From Candidatus Methylomirabilis oxygeniifera (GTDB taxonomy: Bacteria; Methylomirabilota; Methylomirabilia; Methylomirabilales; Methylomirabilaceae): DNA of 32,000 bases. Of this stretch, positions 1 to 8,275 are shown one piece after another. Within the stretch, counting starts at the first letter, position 1. Every line of letters begins with the position of its first letter. The notes under the pieces are model-generated. The model saw only the letters and a program-made list of their open reading frames with translations, had not been told where the DNA came from and did not search any database. Position numbers and translations under genes: made by a program. Location of the stretch: NCBI GenBank assembly GCA_000091165.1, contig FP565575.1, forward strand, positions 2,100,001 through 2,132,000, given 5' to 3'.

Positions 1-819
1 CCAGACCTGCAGATGGGTCTCATGCTCTTCGGTGGGACGAAGCTCGCCGACATGCTGCCCATCTCCTACAGCGTGGGCGTCTATAACGGTTGCGGCCGGG
101 TCGATCAGTGCACCACCGATAACGACGGCGATAAGGAGTATACCGGTCGAATCACCATTGCGCCCCCGATGCCGATCGGGAATCTCACCGTCGGCGCCAA
201 CGCCGATTTCCGCACCTTCAACAATAAGAAGGGTGGCGCTCGCGACCTTGCGACGAATCCCGTCGCCGGCACCAACTACCACCGCTTCAACCCGACCAGC
301 GTGTTGGGCGACCTCTTCGGGGGTGACGGTAACGGCACGAGCATGAACGGCTTCCGGATCAACGGCGACCGCACCACGACCGGTGCCGACTTTGTGTATG
401 ACCTCTACCCGATCATCCTGACGGGTGAGTTCCACTACGCCTCCCAGGAGCGCGACGGATTGGGCACGGGCAGCAACGTCAATCTCGATGATCTCCGCAT
501 GATGGGTGGCTATGGAACCGTCGGCTATTGGGTCTTCGGCAACAAACTGAAGGGCCTGCTGGTCAACGGCCGCTACGAGCACCTGCGGGTCGACGATACG
601 AAGGGCAATTTCACAGCGGCTGCCGGTACTAATGAGCAGACGTTGAGGGTGCGCGTCGGCACCATGGGCGCAACCTGGTATGTCAACCCCAACATCTTCG
701 TCCGGGCTAACTACGTGCTTACCGACGTCAACCCGGGGAAAAACTTCTTTGGGGTGAGCAACAATACGCAAGGCGAGTTGACCCACCAGGGAATCGCCGA
801 GGCGGTATTCAAGTTCTAA
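1..819 (+). CDS. C-terminal part of an outer-membrane beta-barrel / porin-like protein (5' truncated by window edge)
   Basis: Frame open from base 1 (PDLQMGLMLFGG...) to TAA at 817-819; alternating amphipathic strands, Gly/Asn/Thr-rich loops, ends ...GIAEAVFKF with C-terminal Phe typical of OM barrels. Confidence 0.7.
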   Translation, partial: PDLQMGLMLFGGTKLADMLPISYSVGVYNGCGRVDQCTTDNDGDKEYTGRITIAPPMPIGNLTVGANADFRTFNNKKGGARDLATNPVAGTNYHRFNPTSVLGDLFGGDGNGTSMNGFRINGDRTTTGADFVYDLYPIILTGEFHYASQERDGLGTGSNVNLDDLRMMGGYGTVGYWVFGNKLKGLLVNGRYEHLRVDDTKGNFTAAAGTNEQTLRVRVGTMGATWYVNPNIFVRANYVLTDVNPGKNFFGVSNNTQGELTHQGIAEAVFKF

Positions 820-843
820 TCTAGGAATTGATGGCAGGTTCTC

Positions 844-897
844 CCGAAGCTCACCAGGCGCAGAGTTCGTATGGGAACGGCACTTGGTGAGCTTCGG
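844..897. terminator. Perfect 13-bp inverted repeat (CCGAAGCTCACCA / TGGTGAGCTTCGG), 28-nt loop, downstream of porin
   Basis: Arms 844-856 and 885-897 are exact reverse complements; no T-tract follows. Confidence 0.5.
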
Positions 898-947
898 CAA
901 TCTGCTAACGCAACAGTCTTGAGTCGAGGAAGGAAGGAGATCTTATC

Positions 948-1199
948 ATGAAGTTCATCACGTTAGCCAAGGTGAGGCCTGGCGCATGGTCCAGGCTGAC
1001 CAGCGAGCTTCCTGCTGCCTGCTATGAGGGGATGAAGTGGGCGTACGTCACCTACGGCCAATATGATGTGGCGTTCGAATGGGAAGCGAAGGATTTGGAA
1101 ACAGCAAATAAGGTCATGAAGCATATGGCCGGATCCGACCTTCTGGCATCTGAGACTTTGGTCGTCGCTTCGACGCTGAAGGAATTCGGCCAAGTCTAG
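948..1199 (+). CDS. Small (83 aa) protein resembling a stand-alone Lrp/AsnC-type ligand-binding (RAM-like) or dimeric alpha/beta barrel domain
   Basis: ATG preceded by GGAAGGAG; MKFITLAKVRPG...YVTYGQYDVAFEWEAKDLE... pattern typical of stand-alone AsnC effector domains. Confidence 0.6.
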   Translation: MKFITLAKVRPGAWSRLTSELPAACYEGMKWAYVTYGQYDVAFEWEAKDLETANKVMKHMAGSDLLASETLVVASTLKEFGQV

Positions 1200-1413
1200 C
1201 CACTATTCCCAGAACTTTAATCTGATCCCCGCAATAAACGCAATCCACGCGATAGGCGCAATCGACGCCTCAAGATTTTGACCACCCACTGCACCGCGCG
1301 CCGTACCAGTCGCTTTCTTTTCGTACCGAACGTATCAAACGACCTCTTACGCCTTCCTACTACCCCCTAGACTCCTAGAGCGTTGGACCGCCCTAAAACC
1401 GCAGAAGTTAGGC

Positions 1414-1442
1414 TTGACAAACTTATGGGAGCGATTTATCCT
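1414..1442 (+). promoter_or_regulatory. Sigma-70-type promoter TTGACA-N17-TATCCT for ftsH (240-nt leader)
   Basis: TTGACA 1414-1419, 17-nt spacer, TATCCT 1437-1442. Confidence 0.5.
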
Positions 1443-1692
1443 GGCTACGTATGGCGTAGCTCCTGTAGGTAATCACCGGGAGTAAACCAGAGAGGCGTAG
1501 AGTGTGCCCCTCTTGTCGGCTTCCCTAACTGAACGTGGACATACTGATGAGAAAGAAAGGGTGGGCTGGCCGGTACGCGGGGATTAGTATGAGAGACTTT
1601 CGCTTAGAAAGGTGTTATGCGTCTTGTATGACGTCCCGGATTTTTGGTGCACGGTTTCAGTACGTCCGGATAACACAAAGGAGGTTATTGCC

Positions 1693-3621
1693 GTGAACAA
1701 GCGTTACCTGAAGGTTGCGGGTGTGGTCGCCCTGATCCTCGTGGTCACGGCCGTAGCCTTTCTACCGTTCTATTGGAATCCCAAGAAAGCTTCTAGTCAG
1801 GTGATCTTCAGTGACTTTATAGACCTAGTGGAAAAGGGGGAGCTCGCCGGAACGGTGATCTTCAACGAAAACAGCCACACCCTTTACTTCCATATCGCTT
1901 CAGGACAGCACCTGCGGACAGTGTACAGCAAAGAGGCTACCGCATCTCTACAAGAGCTGCTGAAGCAGAAGGGCGTCCACTTTGCTGTTGAGCCACAAAG
2001 CGGAGGCTCAATCTGGGTCAGCCTGTTATTCAACTTCCTGCCCTTCCTTCTGATTATCGGACTGTTTGTGCTGATGAGCCGACGGTCCCAGATGGGGGGT
2101 GGTGGCGGCGGTCCGATGGCATTCGGAAAATCAAAGGCCAAACTCCACGACGCATCCAAGCCCAAGGTGACGTTCGCGGACGTCGCCGGAGAGGAAGAGC
2201 CAAAGGAAGAGCTGCTGGAGGTTATTGAGTTTTTGAAACATCCTCAAAAGTATCAGGCGCTGCACGCCAAAATCCCAAGAGGATTGCTGCTGGTAGGTCC
2301 CCCAGGCTGCGGAAAGACGCTCCTGGCCAAGGCCGTTGCCGGGGAGGCCGGGGTCCCCTTCTTCTCGCTTTCCGGTTCCGAGTTCGTGGAGGTCTTCGTC
2401 GGTGTGGGCGCCAGCCGCGTCCGCGATCTGTTTGAGCAGGCCAAGAAGAACGCCCCGTGCCTGGTCTTCATCGACGAGATCGACGCAGTAGGTCGCCACC
2501 GCGGGGCCGGCCTTGGTGGCGGCAATGATGAGCGCGAGCAGACGTTAAACCAACTACTGGTGGCCATGGACGGCTTTGAGGCCAATATCGGGATCATTGT
2601 GATTGCCGCCACCAACCGACCGGATATCCTGGATCCTGCGTTGCTGCGCCCAGGGCGATTTGACCGGCGCATCATCGTGGATAACCCGGACAGCAAAGGC
2701 CGTAAGGCGATCCTGCAAGTGCACCTGCGCGAGATACCGCTGGCAGCAGACGTCAACGTTGACGTGCTCGCCAAACAGACGCCTGGATTTTCAGGAGCGG
2801 ATCTTGCCAGCGTGGTGAACGAGGGGGCGCTTTTGGCTGCCCGGCGCGACAAAGACCGCGTCAGTATGGTCGACTTTGACGAGGCGGTCGAGCGAGTCAT
2901 TGCGGGGCCGTTGCGCCGCAGTCGCGCCTTGACTCCGAAAGAGCGCGAGATGGTGGCCTATCATGAAGCCGGCCATGCCATCCTGCGTAAGCTCCTGCCT
3001 AAGGCCGATCCGCCCCATAAGGTGACGATTGTCTCGCGCGGGATGGCGCTTGGCTATGTCATGGGAGCACCGCCGGAGGACCGCTACACCCGGACGCGCT
3101 CCGAACTGATGGCGGAGGTCAGTGTCGGCATGGGTGGCCGTGTCGCCGAGGATCTGATCTTCGGCGAGATTACCACCGGCGCCTCAAATGACTTTGAGCA
3201 GGCCACCAACATGGTGCGCCGAATGGTGACCAATTTCGGGATGTCGGATAAACTCGGTCCGGTGACCCTGGGTAGACAGGGCGGTCCCGTCTTTCTCGGT
3301 CGCGATATGATCGACAGTAGAAACTACAGTGAGGAGATCGCCTACCAGATCGACCAGGAGGTCCGCCGGATCATCGATGAGTGCTACCAGGTGGCCCGCC
3401 AGGCGATCGAGACAAACCGCGAGAAACTGCAGCGGGTGGCAAAAGCCCTGATCGAACGCGAAACCCTCTATGCCGAGGAGTTGGACGACGTGATGGCGGG
3501 AAAGGTCGTAGCGCTTGAACCATCGCGGGCTGCCGCCAGTGGTGAAGCAGCGGTTGTCGAGGCCGGCACTGAGAATGCGTCGCCCGCGACGCCGTCGGCG
3601 CCTGCGCCACCACCGGCCTGA
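1693..3621 (+). CDS. ftsH: ATP-dependent zinc metalloprotease FtsH
   Basis: Start moved from 1612 to GTG 1693 because AAAGGAGG lies just upstream; Walker A GPPGCGKT, Walker [10 protein letters not shown], second region of homology [23 protein letters not shown] zinc motif, N-terminal TM helices. Confidence 0.97.
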   Translation: MNKRYLKVAGVVALILVVTAVAFLPFYWNPKKASSQVIFSDFIDLVEKGELAGTVIFNENSHTLYFHIASGQHLRTVYSKEATASLQELLKQKGVHFAVEPQSGGSIWVSLLFNFLPFLLIIGLFVLMSRRSQMGGGGGGPMAFGKSKAKLHDASKPKVTFADVAGEEEPKEELLEVIEFLKHPQKYQALHAKIPRGLLLVGPPGCGKTLLAKAVAGEAGVPFFSLSGSEFVEVFVGVGASRVRDLFEQAKKNAPCLVFIDEIDAVGRHRGAGLGGGNDEREQTLNQLLVAMDGFEANIGIIVIAATNRPDILDPALLRPGRFDRRIIVDNPDSKGRKAILQVHLREIPLAADVNVDVLAKQTPGFSGADLASVVNEGALLAARRDKDRVSMVDFDEAVERVIAGPLRRSRALTPKEREMVAYHEAGHAILRKLLPKADPPHKVTIVSRGMALGYVMGAPPEDRYTRTRSELMAEVSVGMGGRVAEDLIFGEITTGASNDFEQATNMVRRMVTNFGMSDKLGPVTLGRQGGPVFLGRDMIDSRNYSEEIAYQIDQEVRRIIDECYQVARQAIETNREKLQRVAKALIERETLYAEELDDVMAGKVVALEPSRAAASGEAAVVEAGTENASPATPSAPAPPPA

Positions 3622-3659
3622 ACTGCGGTATCCCGCGTGACCGGAAGGGCCCAAATAAA

Positions 3660-3706
3660 AACCCTCTCACGGAATTCACACCATCCGTGAGAGGGTTAAC
3701 TTTTTT
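3660..3706 (+). terminator. Rho-independent terminator of ftsH
   Basis: 14-bp perfect stem AACCCTCTCACGGA / TCCGTGAGAGGGTT followed by T6. Confidence 0.9.
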
Positions 3707-3724
3707 AACAGGTTTCAGACAGTT

Positions 3725-3787
3725 GTCATTTCTAGCTTGACCCGGAATCCAGTGCCTTTCTGGATTCCCGCTTTCGCGAGGACGACA
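3725..3787. repeat. Dispersed intergenic repeat, copy A (GACCCGGAATCCAG-N7-CTGGATTCCCGCTTTCGCG...GAC)
   Basis: Contains hairpin GAATCCAG-TGCCTTT-CTGGATTC; shares layout and blocks with 19803..19870. Confidence 0.6.
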
Positions 3788-3802
3788 TCTGTAGAAGAAA
3801 GG

Positions 3803-4567
3803 TTACGCCGCTTTTTTCTTGCGTCTCACATACAGCACGGCGCCGATTCCCACGCCGGCAACCGTCATCACCAAAATTGCCGGATTGCTCATCATGGACG
3901 GACCGCGCGCGCCCCCCCCCCTGGGTGTCTTCAATCCGACGGTAAAGGGGAAGCTGAAGGTCGAATCGTGTGCATGATACGCCTCCTCTTCCGCTGTACT
4001 GGTATGCTGCTCGGCGCCGTCGTGACTGTGACTGACCGCCTCCGGTGCGTCGCCTCCGGCACGTGATCTCGCTCCCTGCTCCTCAACCTCCAGTACCGCC
4101 CTATACTTCCCGGCTTTTCCGAAATCCGTCTCAGCCCGCACGACACCTGAAGGATAGACCTGTTGAGGGATATACAGAACCGTTTGGGCGTCTTCACGCT
4201 CGGTGGCCTCGACGACGCGGACCGCCACAGGGGTCTTTCGCAGGGCATCGCTGATAAGATCAAACGTCAGCGTCGCCTTTCCTGTTCTTGGAATATCCCG
4301 ACAGTAGGATTGAAACTCTTCCTTCATCGCATCCACGTACCGCCTCAGGTCCGCATCCTTAAGCTCTTTGAGCTGAGCCAGCTGTGAGGCCCGGTCCGCC
4401 GTCCCATGCTGATAGGCGCTGAAGTGAATGAGATACTGCCCTTTCTCCCTCGAACAGAGATCGTTCTCCGTGATCCCACCCATGCCGCCGCCACCGTGAG
4501 CCCATGCCTGCGACGCTCCCATCACAGCCATCAGCGCTACAACTCCAATCGAAACACACTGCTTCAT
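3803..4567 (-). CDS. Secreted, C-terminally membrane-anchored Cys/His-containing protein following pmoCAB; candidate copper/pMMO accessory protein (paralog of 25467..26243)
   Basis: Signal peptide MKQCVSIGVVALMAVMGASQAWA then HGGGGMGG; conserved ...QSYC..P.TGK...; HSHDGAEQH and HAHD; C-terminal TM and RRKKKAA tail. Confidence 0.8.
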   Translation of the reverse strand: MKQCVSIGVVALMAVMGASQAWAHGGGGMGGITENDLCSREKGQYLIHFSAYQHGTADRASQLAQLKELKDADLRRYVDAMKEEFQSYCRDIPRTGKATLTFDLISDALRKTPVAVRVVEATEREDAQTVLYIPQQVYPSGVVRAETDFGKAGKYRAVLEVEEQGARSRAGGDAPEAVSHSHDGAEQHTSTAEEEAYHAHDSTFSFPFTVGLKTPRGGGARGPSMMSNPAILVMTVAGVGIGAVLYVRRKKKAA

Positions 4568-4800
4568 GGCCTAACCTACTTCCATCGCGACCATCCCCTG
4601 TTGGTCTTTCTCGTACGCTCCCGAAGCACCGCCGTAGTGCATACAACAGATCCCTGCACGCATTGCGTTCACTGAATCGGTCGAGGGAGGTATGTCAACG
4701 AGATTCCGTTCATGGCTCGACAAAGTCCTGACAGGGACGGATGATAAAGGGGATTGTGAGGCACTACACTAACCGTGAGGAATGTTGAATGCGGTGGTGA

Positions 4801-4854
4801 GGGTCCCCCACCCCTTGAATTCTCCGTTATGTGAAGCTCAAGGGGTGGGGACCC
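4801..4854. terminator. Large stable hairpin between the pmoB-linked micro-ORF and the downstream accessory gene (terminator, attenuator or mRNA-stability element)
   Basis: GGGTCCCC(C)ACCCCTTGA 4801-4819 pairs with TCAAGGGGTGGGGACCC 4838-4854 (17 bp, one bulged C); no U-tract. Confidence 0.7.
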
Positions 4855-4866
4855 TTCCACCTCCAC

Positions 4867-4950
4867 CTATGCCTGGTTCACCAGTGTCATCAGAACAAAT
4901 ATCAGCATGATAAGTAGCGCTAAGTTCATCCCTTGTGCGGCGAATTCCAT
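4867..4950 (-). CDS. 27-aa single-transmembrane micro-ORF immediately downstream of pmoB (MEFAAQGMNLALLIMLIFVLMTLVNQA)
   Basis: ATG 4950-4948, stop TAG 4869-4867; GGAAGGAGGG with 8-nt spacing to ATG in a 19-nt gap after pmoB; one hydrophobic helix. Confidence 0.8.
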   Translation of the reverse strand: MEFAAQGMNLALLIMLIFVLMTLVNQA

Positions 4951-4969
4951 GATCGTCTCCCTCCTTCCG

Positions 4970-6238
4970 CTATTTGTACTGGGTAGTCGGCCGCCATTTG
5001 CCTCCGCCGGACAGGGCCGTTGCGCCACCCTCGAAGGACGGAATGACCGGGCCGCCGACCTCAACAATTTGTCTGTTCTTATCCGCATCAAAGAACTCAA
5101 AGAGTCCGCCGTACCGGCTGTCTGAGTCATAGATCAACTCAGCCAACCGCTGATATTCCCATTCCGCATCGGTCGCATCTATCGACATCGTTACGGTCTG
5201 GCCTGGAGGGATGGGACCGGCCGGCTCCACCTTGATTTTGAGTCGCGAGTCAGGGAAGAGGGCCGGATCCCGAAACTGCAGGTTGGCCGTGATGAATCCT
5301 CCCAATTGCTGAGGCCTGTTTGAACCGTTTGTGACCTCTATCACCATCCCAAGAGAACGTCCAGGTACGGTATAGACCGCTGTGACAGGCCTGGCCTTCA
5401 CCGTGGCATGGGAATACGGCGTAAACTCTGTCGTGGGCTTCAGTTCGGGAGTATCCATCCGACCGGTCTGCAGCGGGATGGTGATTGGGTAGGCGCCGTT
5501 CGTCGTGACGTAGCCGATAGCGACGATGAGGACCGTGGCGATCATCAGTACGAGTCCAAGCGTCCGATCGCCGGGGCTAACAAGCTCCTCCTCAGGTACC
5601 ACTCCCACCTGGAAGAGACGTCGCGTAAATGGCCGTCGTACCCACCACAGCAACCAGAACACACCGACAAAAGTCCAGAGGAGCCACCAGCCGATGATCC
5701 GACCTTGCCCATGGACCTCCATATTCACTGTCGTACCATCAATGGTGGTAACGTTATTGGTGAAGTTACTCCAGTCGCCATCGACGGTGACGAACTCGCC
5801 TCCACCGACCAGGGGCCCTCCACCCTCGATATTCACCATCGGGTGAACGTGATAGGTCCCGGTGACCCGGCCCATAATATTCATTCTATAATCATAGTCT
5901 CCGCCAAGTTGAGTACTGGTGGCGTTGATGACCGGCATGCCATTCATCCATGCCTCTTTCTTGAGCATTGATGGCCCAGGCACGGAGTAATGGAGAAAGA
6001 TCGATTCGGGGGTGTTTACGGCCCTCGGCCATTCACTAAATGTATGGAACTTTCCCGTCAGATCCATGGTCTCGCCAGGCTGTACCCGAGCTTTTGACCA
6101 TTTCGTATCGTAGAACGTTATTGTACGCATCCGAAGAAACGGCTCTTGCGATCGCTCGCCATGCGCCCATGCCGTTCCAGCGGATACGGCGATCACTCCA
6201 AGCAAGATCGCCGACAACGCCGCTCGTCCTATCCTCAT
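4970..6238 (-). CDS. pmoB: Particulate methane monooxygenase subunit B
   Basis: Start revised to ATG 6238 (GGGAGG SD); signal peptide ending TAWA then mature HGERSQEPFLRMRT; YHVHPMVNIEGGGPLVGGGEF copper-site motif; two C-terminal TM helices and second cupredoxin domain. Confidence 0.96.
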   Translation of the reverse strand: MRIGRAALSAILLGVIAVSAGTAWAHGERSQEPFLRMRTITFYDTKWSKARVQPGETMDLTGKFHTFSEWPRAVNTPESIFLHYSVPGPSMLKKEAWMNGMPVINATSTQLGGDYDYRMNIMGRVTGTYHVHPMVNIEGGGPLVGGGEFVTVDGDWSNFTNNVTTIDGTTVNMEVHGQGRIIGWWLLWTFVGVFWLLWWVRRPFTRRLFQVGVVPEEELVSPGDRTLGLVLMIATVLIVAIGYVTTNGAYPITIPLQTGRMDTPELKPTTEFTPYSHATVKARPVTAVYTVPGRSLGMVIEVTNGSNRPQQLGGFITANLQFRDPALFPDSRLKIKVEPAGPIPPGQTVTMSIDATDAEWEYQRLAELIYDSDSRYGGLFEFFDADKNRQIVEVGGPVIPSFEGGATALSGGGKWRPTTQYK

Positions 6239-6348
6239 CGTTATCCTCCCAGGTTCGTGGGTAAGCGTCAACACATTCGCATCATAGCGCCACATGGGGT
6301 TGCCTTATAGCCTTCCATCGAGAACCCCACGGCCCACATCGATGACAA

Positions 6349-7080
6349 CTACGTCCGCGAGATCCATGCCGGCCTTGAGATTACCTTCCCCATCCACACC
6401 CACCAGAGGTAGATAATTCCACTAATAAATCCGGCGAAGAACGAGGAAACCGGCGTAACGTCGCGCCCGAATGTTCGCAGCGTCCCCCGCTCCACGATTC
6501 GGATATACTCCGGCGTGGCGGAGCGCACATACTCCATCCCCATCAGATCAGCGATGGACATGAGCGGCCCGCTGGGATGCTTCACGGCCAAATGAAATGG
6601 CGCCAGCCAGGTCCAGTTCGCCGGATAGAACAACAGGGACCACCCCATGCCACCGAACAGTGCCGTAAACATGTAGCTTCCCGTCATCATCAGCATCACG
6701 TCCAGGAAGATCGCACTGGGGATCATCAGACCCGGGGCGGTAAAATTGACCGGAAACCAGGCCCAATAGTAAAAGTTAAAGACACGATTCATCCATTGTC
6801 CGAAGTGAAGCGTCATCACGCAAAAGGTCGCACCGATCGGCAGACGCATCTTCTCCCACATGAAATATTGCGTCGCCGCAGGGAAGGTAATCAACAGGAT
6901 CGGCGTCAACGTGACCCACCAGCGCCGATCCTTCCAGTCCAGCCAGAAGTCCCAGTCGCCAACGGTCAGCATCTGGTGGATGTGGTACCCCGCAACTGTA
7001 CCTGTGAACGCAGCCACTATGACAATAATATCAAACTTGCGCTCCAGGCTTAGAGCTTGCTGTTGTGTCAAAAGCGCCAT
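6349..7080 (-). CDS. pmoA: Particulate methane monooxygenase subunit A
   Basis: Start revised to ATG 7080 (GAGGAGGGG upstream); GDWDFWLDWKDRRWWVT, FPAATQYFMWEKMRLPIGATFCV... PmoA motifs. Confidence 0.96.
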   Translation of the reverse strand: MALLTQQQALSLERKFDIIVIVAAFTGTVAGYHIHQMLTVGDWDFWLDWKDRRWWVTLTPILLITFPAATQYFMWEKMRLPIGATFCVMTLHFGQWMNRVFNFYYWAWFPVNFTAPGLMIPSAIFLDVMLMMTGSYMFTALFGGMGWSLLFYPANWTWLAPFHLAVKHPSGPLMSIADLMGMEYVRSATPEYIRIVERGTLRTFGRDVTPVSSFFAGFISGIIYLWWVWMGKVISRPAWISRT

Positions 7081-7101
7081 AAGCTCTTCCCCTCCTCGAA
7101 G

Positions 7102-7131
7102 GGAGGGGGGGGGAGCAACCACCCCCCCTCC
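7102..7131. promoter_or_regulatory. G-tract/C-tract hairpin in the pmoC-pmoA intercistronic gap
   Basis: GGAGGGGGGG 7102-7111 and CCCCCCCTCC 7122-7131 are exact reverse complements with 10-nt loop. Confidence 0.6.
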
Positions 7132-7186
7132 ACATTTGGTCATGTAGACTTTGGGGACCTCAAAAAACGATCCTCAACGAGTATCG

Positions 7187-7963
7187 TTACGCGGTCGCCT
7201 TACCACCGCTGGTGATCCTGATCAACTCAAAGATCCGCGGACACATCGCCGCCGCCACGCCATACACCCCAAACAGACACCAACCCAGCGTGACAAAGCC
7301 CCAATGCAGCGGCGCCACAAACAGCTCTTCCATGATCCAGAAGGTGTGACCCCACTCGTTCAGCGCGACATTGACAAAGATCATCGCAGGGCCGCCGACC
7401 GTGAGCATGAACGGGATCGAGTGGGCCTTCGAAAATAGGGGGAGTCGGGTCCGGGCCCACATGTAGGCGCTAATCCCGATGATGATGTAGATCGGGTAGC
7501 TGAGATAGAACTCAATGATGTGGCTCGGCGTAAAGTCCGTATCGCGGATCACCGTCTGGTGCCACGTCCCGTCCTGCTCGGTAAAGAAGCTGGCGCCCCA
7601 ATACACCGCCCAGGCGAACGTCGCGATCCACTGCCCGAGACCCCAGAACCGCCTGAGCTCCTCCTCCGGCGTAATTTTATCGAGGTTCCGGTCGCGAGTC
7701 TTCCAGATGTACCCCAGGGCGAAGGTCAGCACCGCCCCCTCGATAATCAACTCCCCGATCAACATGTTCCACCAGTAGATCCGGAAGTCCTCGGAGAAGA
7801 AGTCGAGGCCTTTCGACCAGGAGAAGTACTGCTGGTAAATCCGAATCATAACGTAGAAGATGCTAATAGCTATCTGACATTTAAAGAAGGTGCCCCAGCC
7901 AAACATCTGCTCGACTGACTCGGCGCGCTTAGCCGGCGCAGCTTCCGTCCTGTACTGTGCCAT
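7187..7963 (-). CDS. pmoC: Particulate methane monooxygenase subunit C
   Basis: EQDGTWHQTVIRDTDFTPSHIIEFYLSYP and NEWGHTFWIMEELFVAPLHWGF signatures; SD AAGGAGGAAGG. Confidence 0.97.
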   Translation of the reverse strand: MAQYRTEAAPAKRAESVEQMFGWGTFFKCQIAISIFYVMIRIYQQYFSWSKGLDFFSEDFRIYWWNMLIGELIIEGAVLTFALGYIWKTRDRNLDKITPEEELRRFWGLGQWIATFAWAVYWGASFFTEQDGTWHQTVIRDTDFTPSHIIEFYLSYPIYIIIGISAYMWARTRLPLFSKAHSIPFMLTVGGPAMIFVNVALNEWGHTFWIMEELFVAPLHWGFVTLGWCLFGVYGVAAAMCPRIFELIRITSGGKATA

Positions 7964-8155
7964 TTGATCCTTCCTCCTTACGCTCTGAACATGTTACATA
8001 ACGTAGACGGCACTACTCTAAGACCGCACTTCCCCTTACTTTCTCTTGACGCCGATTCTCACCTCCTTTGTCGCCACTGACGTAACAGGTTGAGGTTTAC
8101 GGTCGTTGTTGCTCAACAAAATCGCTCTTTGGAAACCTTGTTCTAAGAAGATGTT

Positions 8156-8185
8156 AGCATATGTCGCGATTGAAACACCTGTCAA
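8156..8185 (-). promoter_or_regulatory. Candidate sigma-70-type promoter of pmoCAB: TTGACA-N18-TATGCT
   Basis: Minus-strand TTGACA (8185-8180), TATGCT (8161-8156), 18-nt spacing; about 190 nt upstream of pmoC ATG. Confidence 0.55.
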
Positions 8186-8275
8186 GTCCTTTTTGCCTTC
8201 CGAACCCTGTTCCAACCTTGATCACATTGACACCTGCATCCGAGCAATACTGAAGACAACACTAAGACTTTAATA

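Noticed and set aside
1443-1610. Known riboswitch or tRNA in the ftsH leader
   Set aside because: No match to conserved cores I could recognise (c-di-GMP, SAM, cobalamin, FMN, fluoride) and no cloverleaf with the TTCGA arm.
4867-5130. 87-aa ORF given in the track
   Set aside because: Its N-terminal 60 residues overlap pmoB in another frame; only the C-terminal 27 residues, starting at the SD-preceded ATG 4950, are supported.
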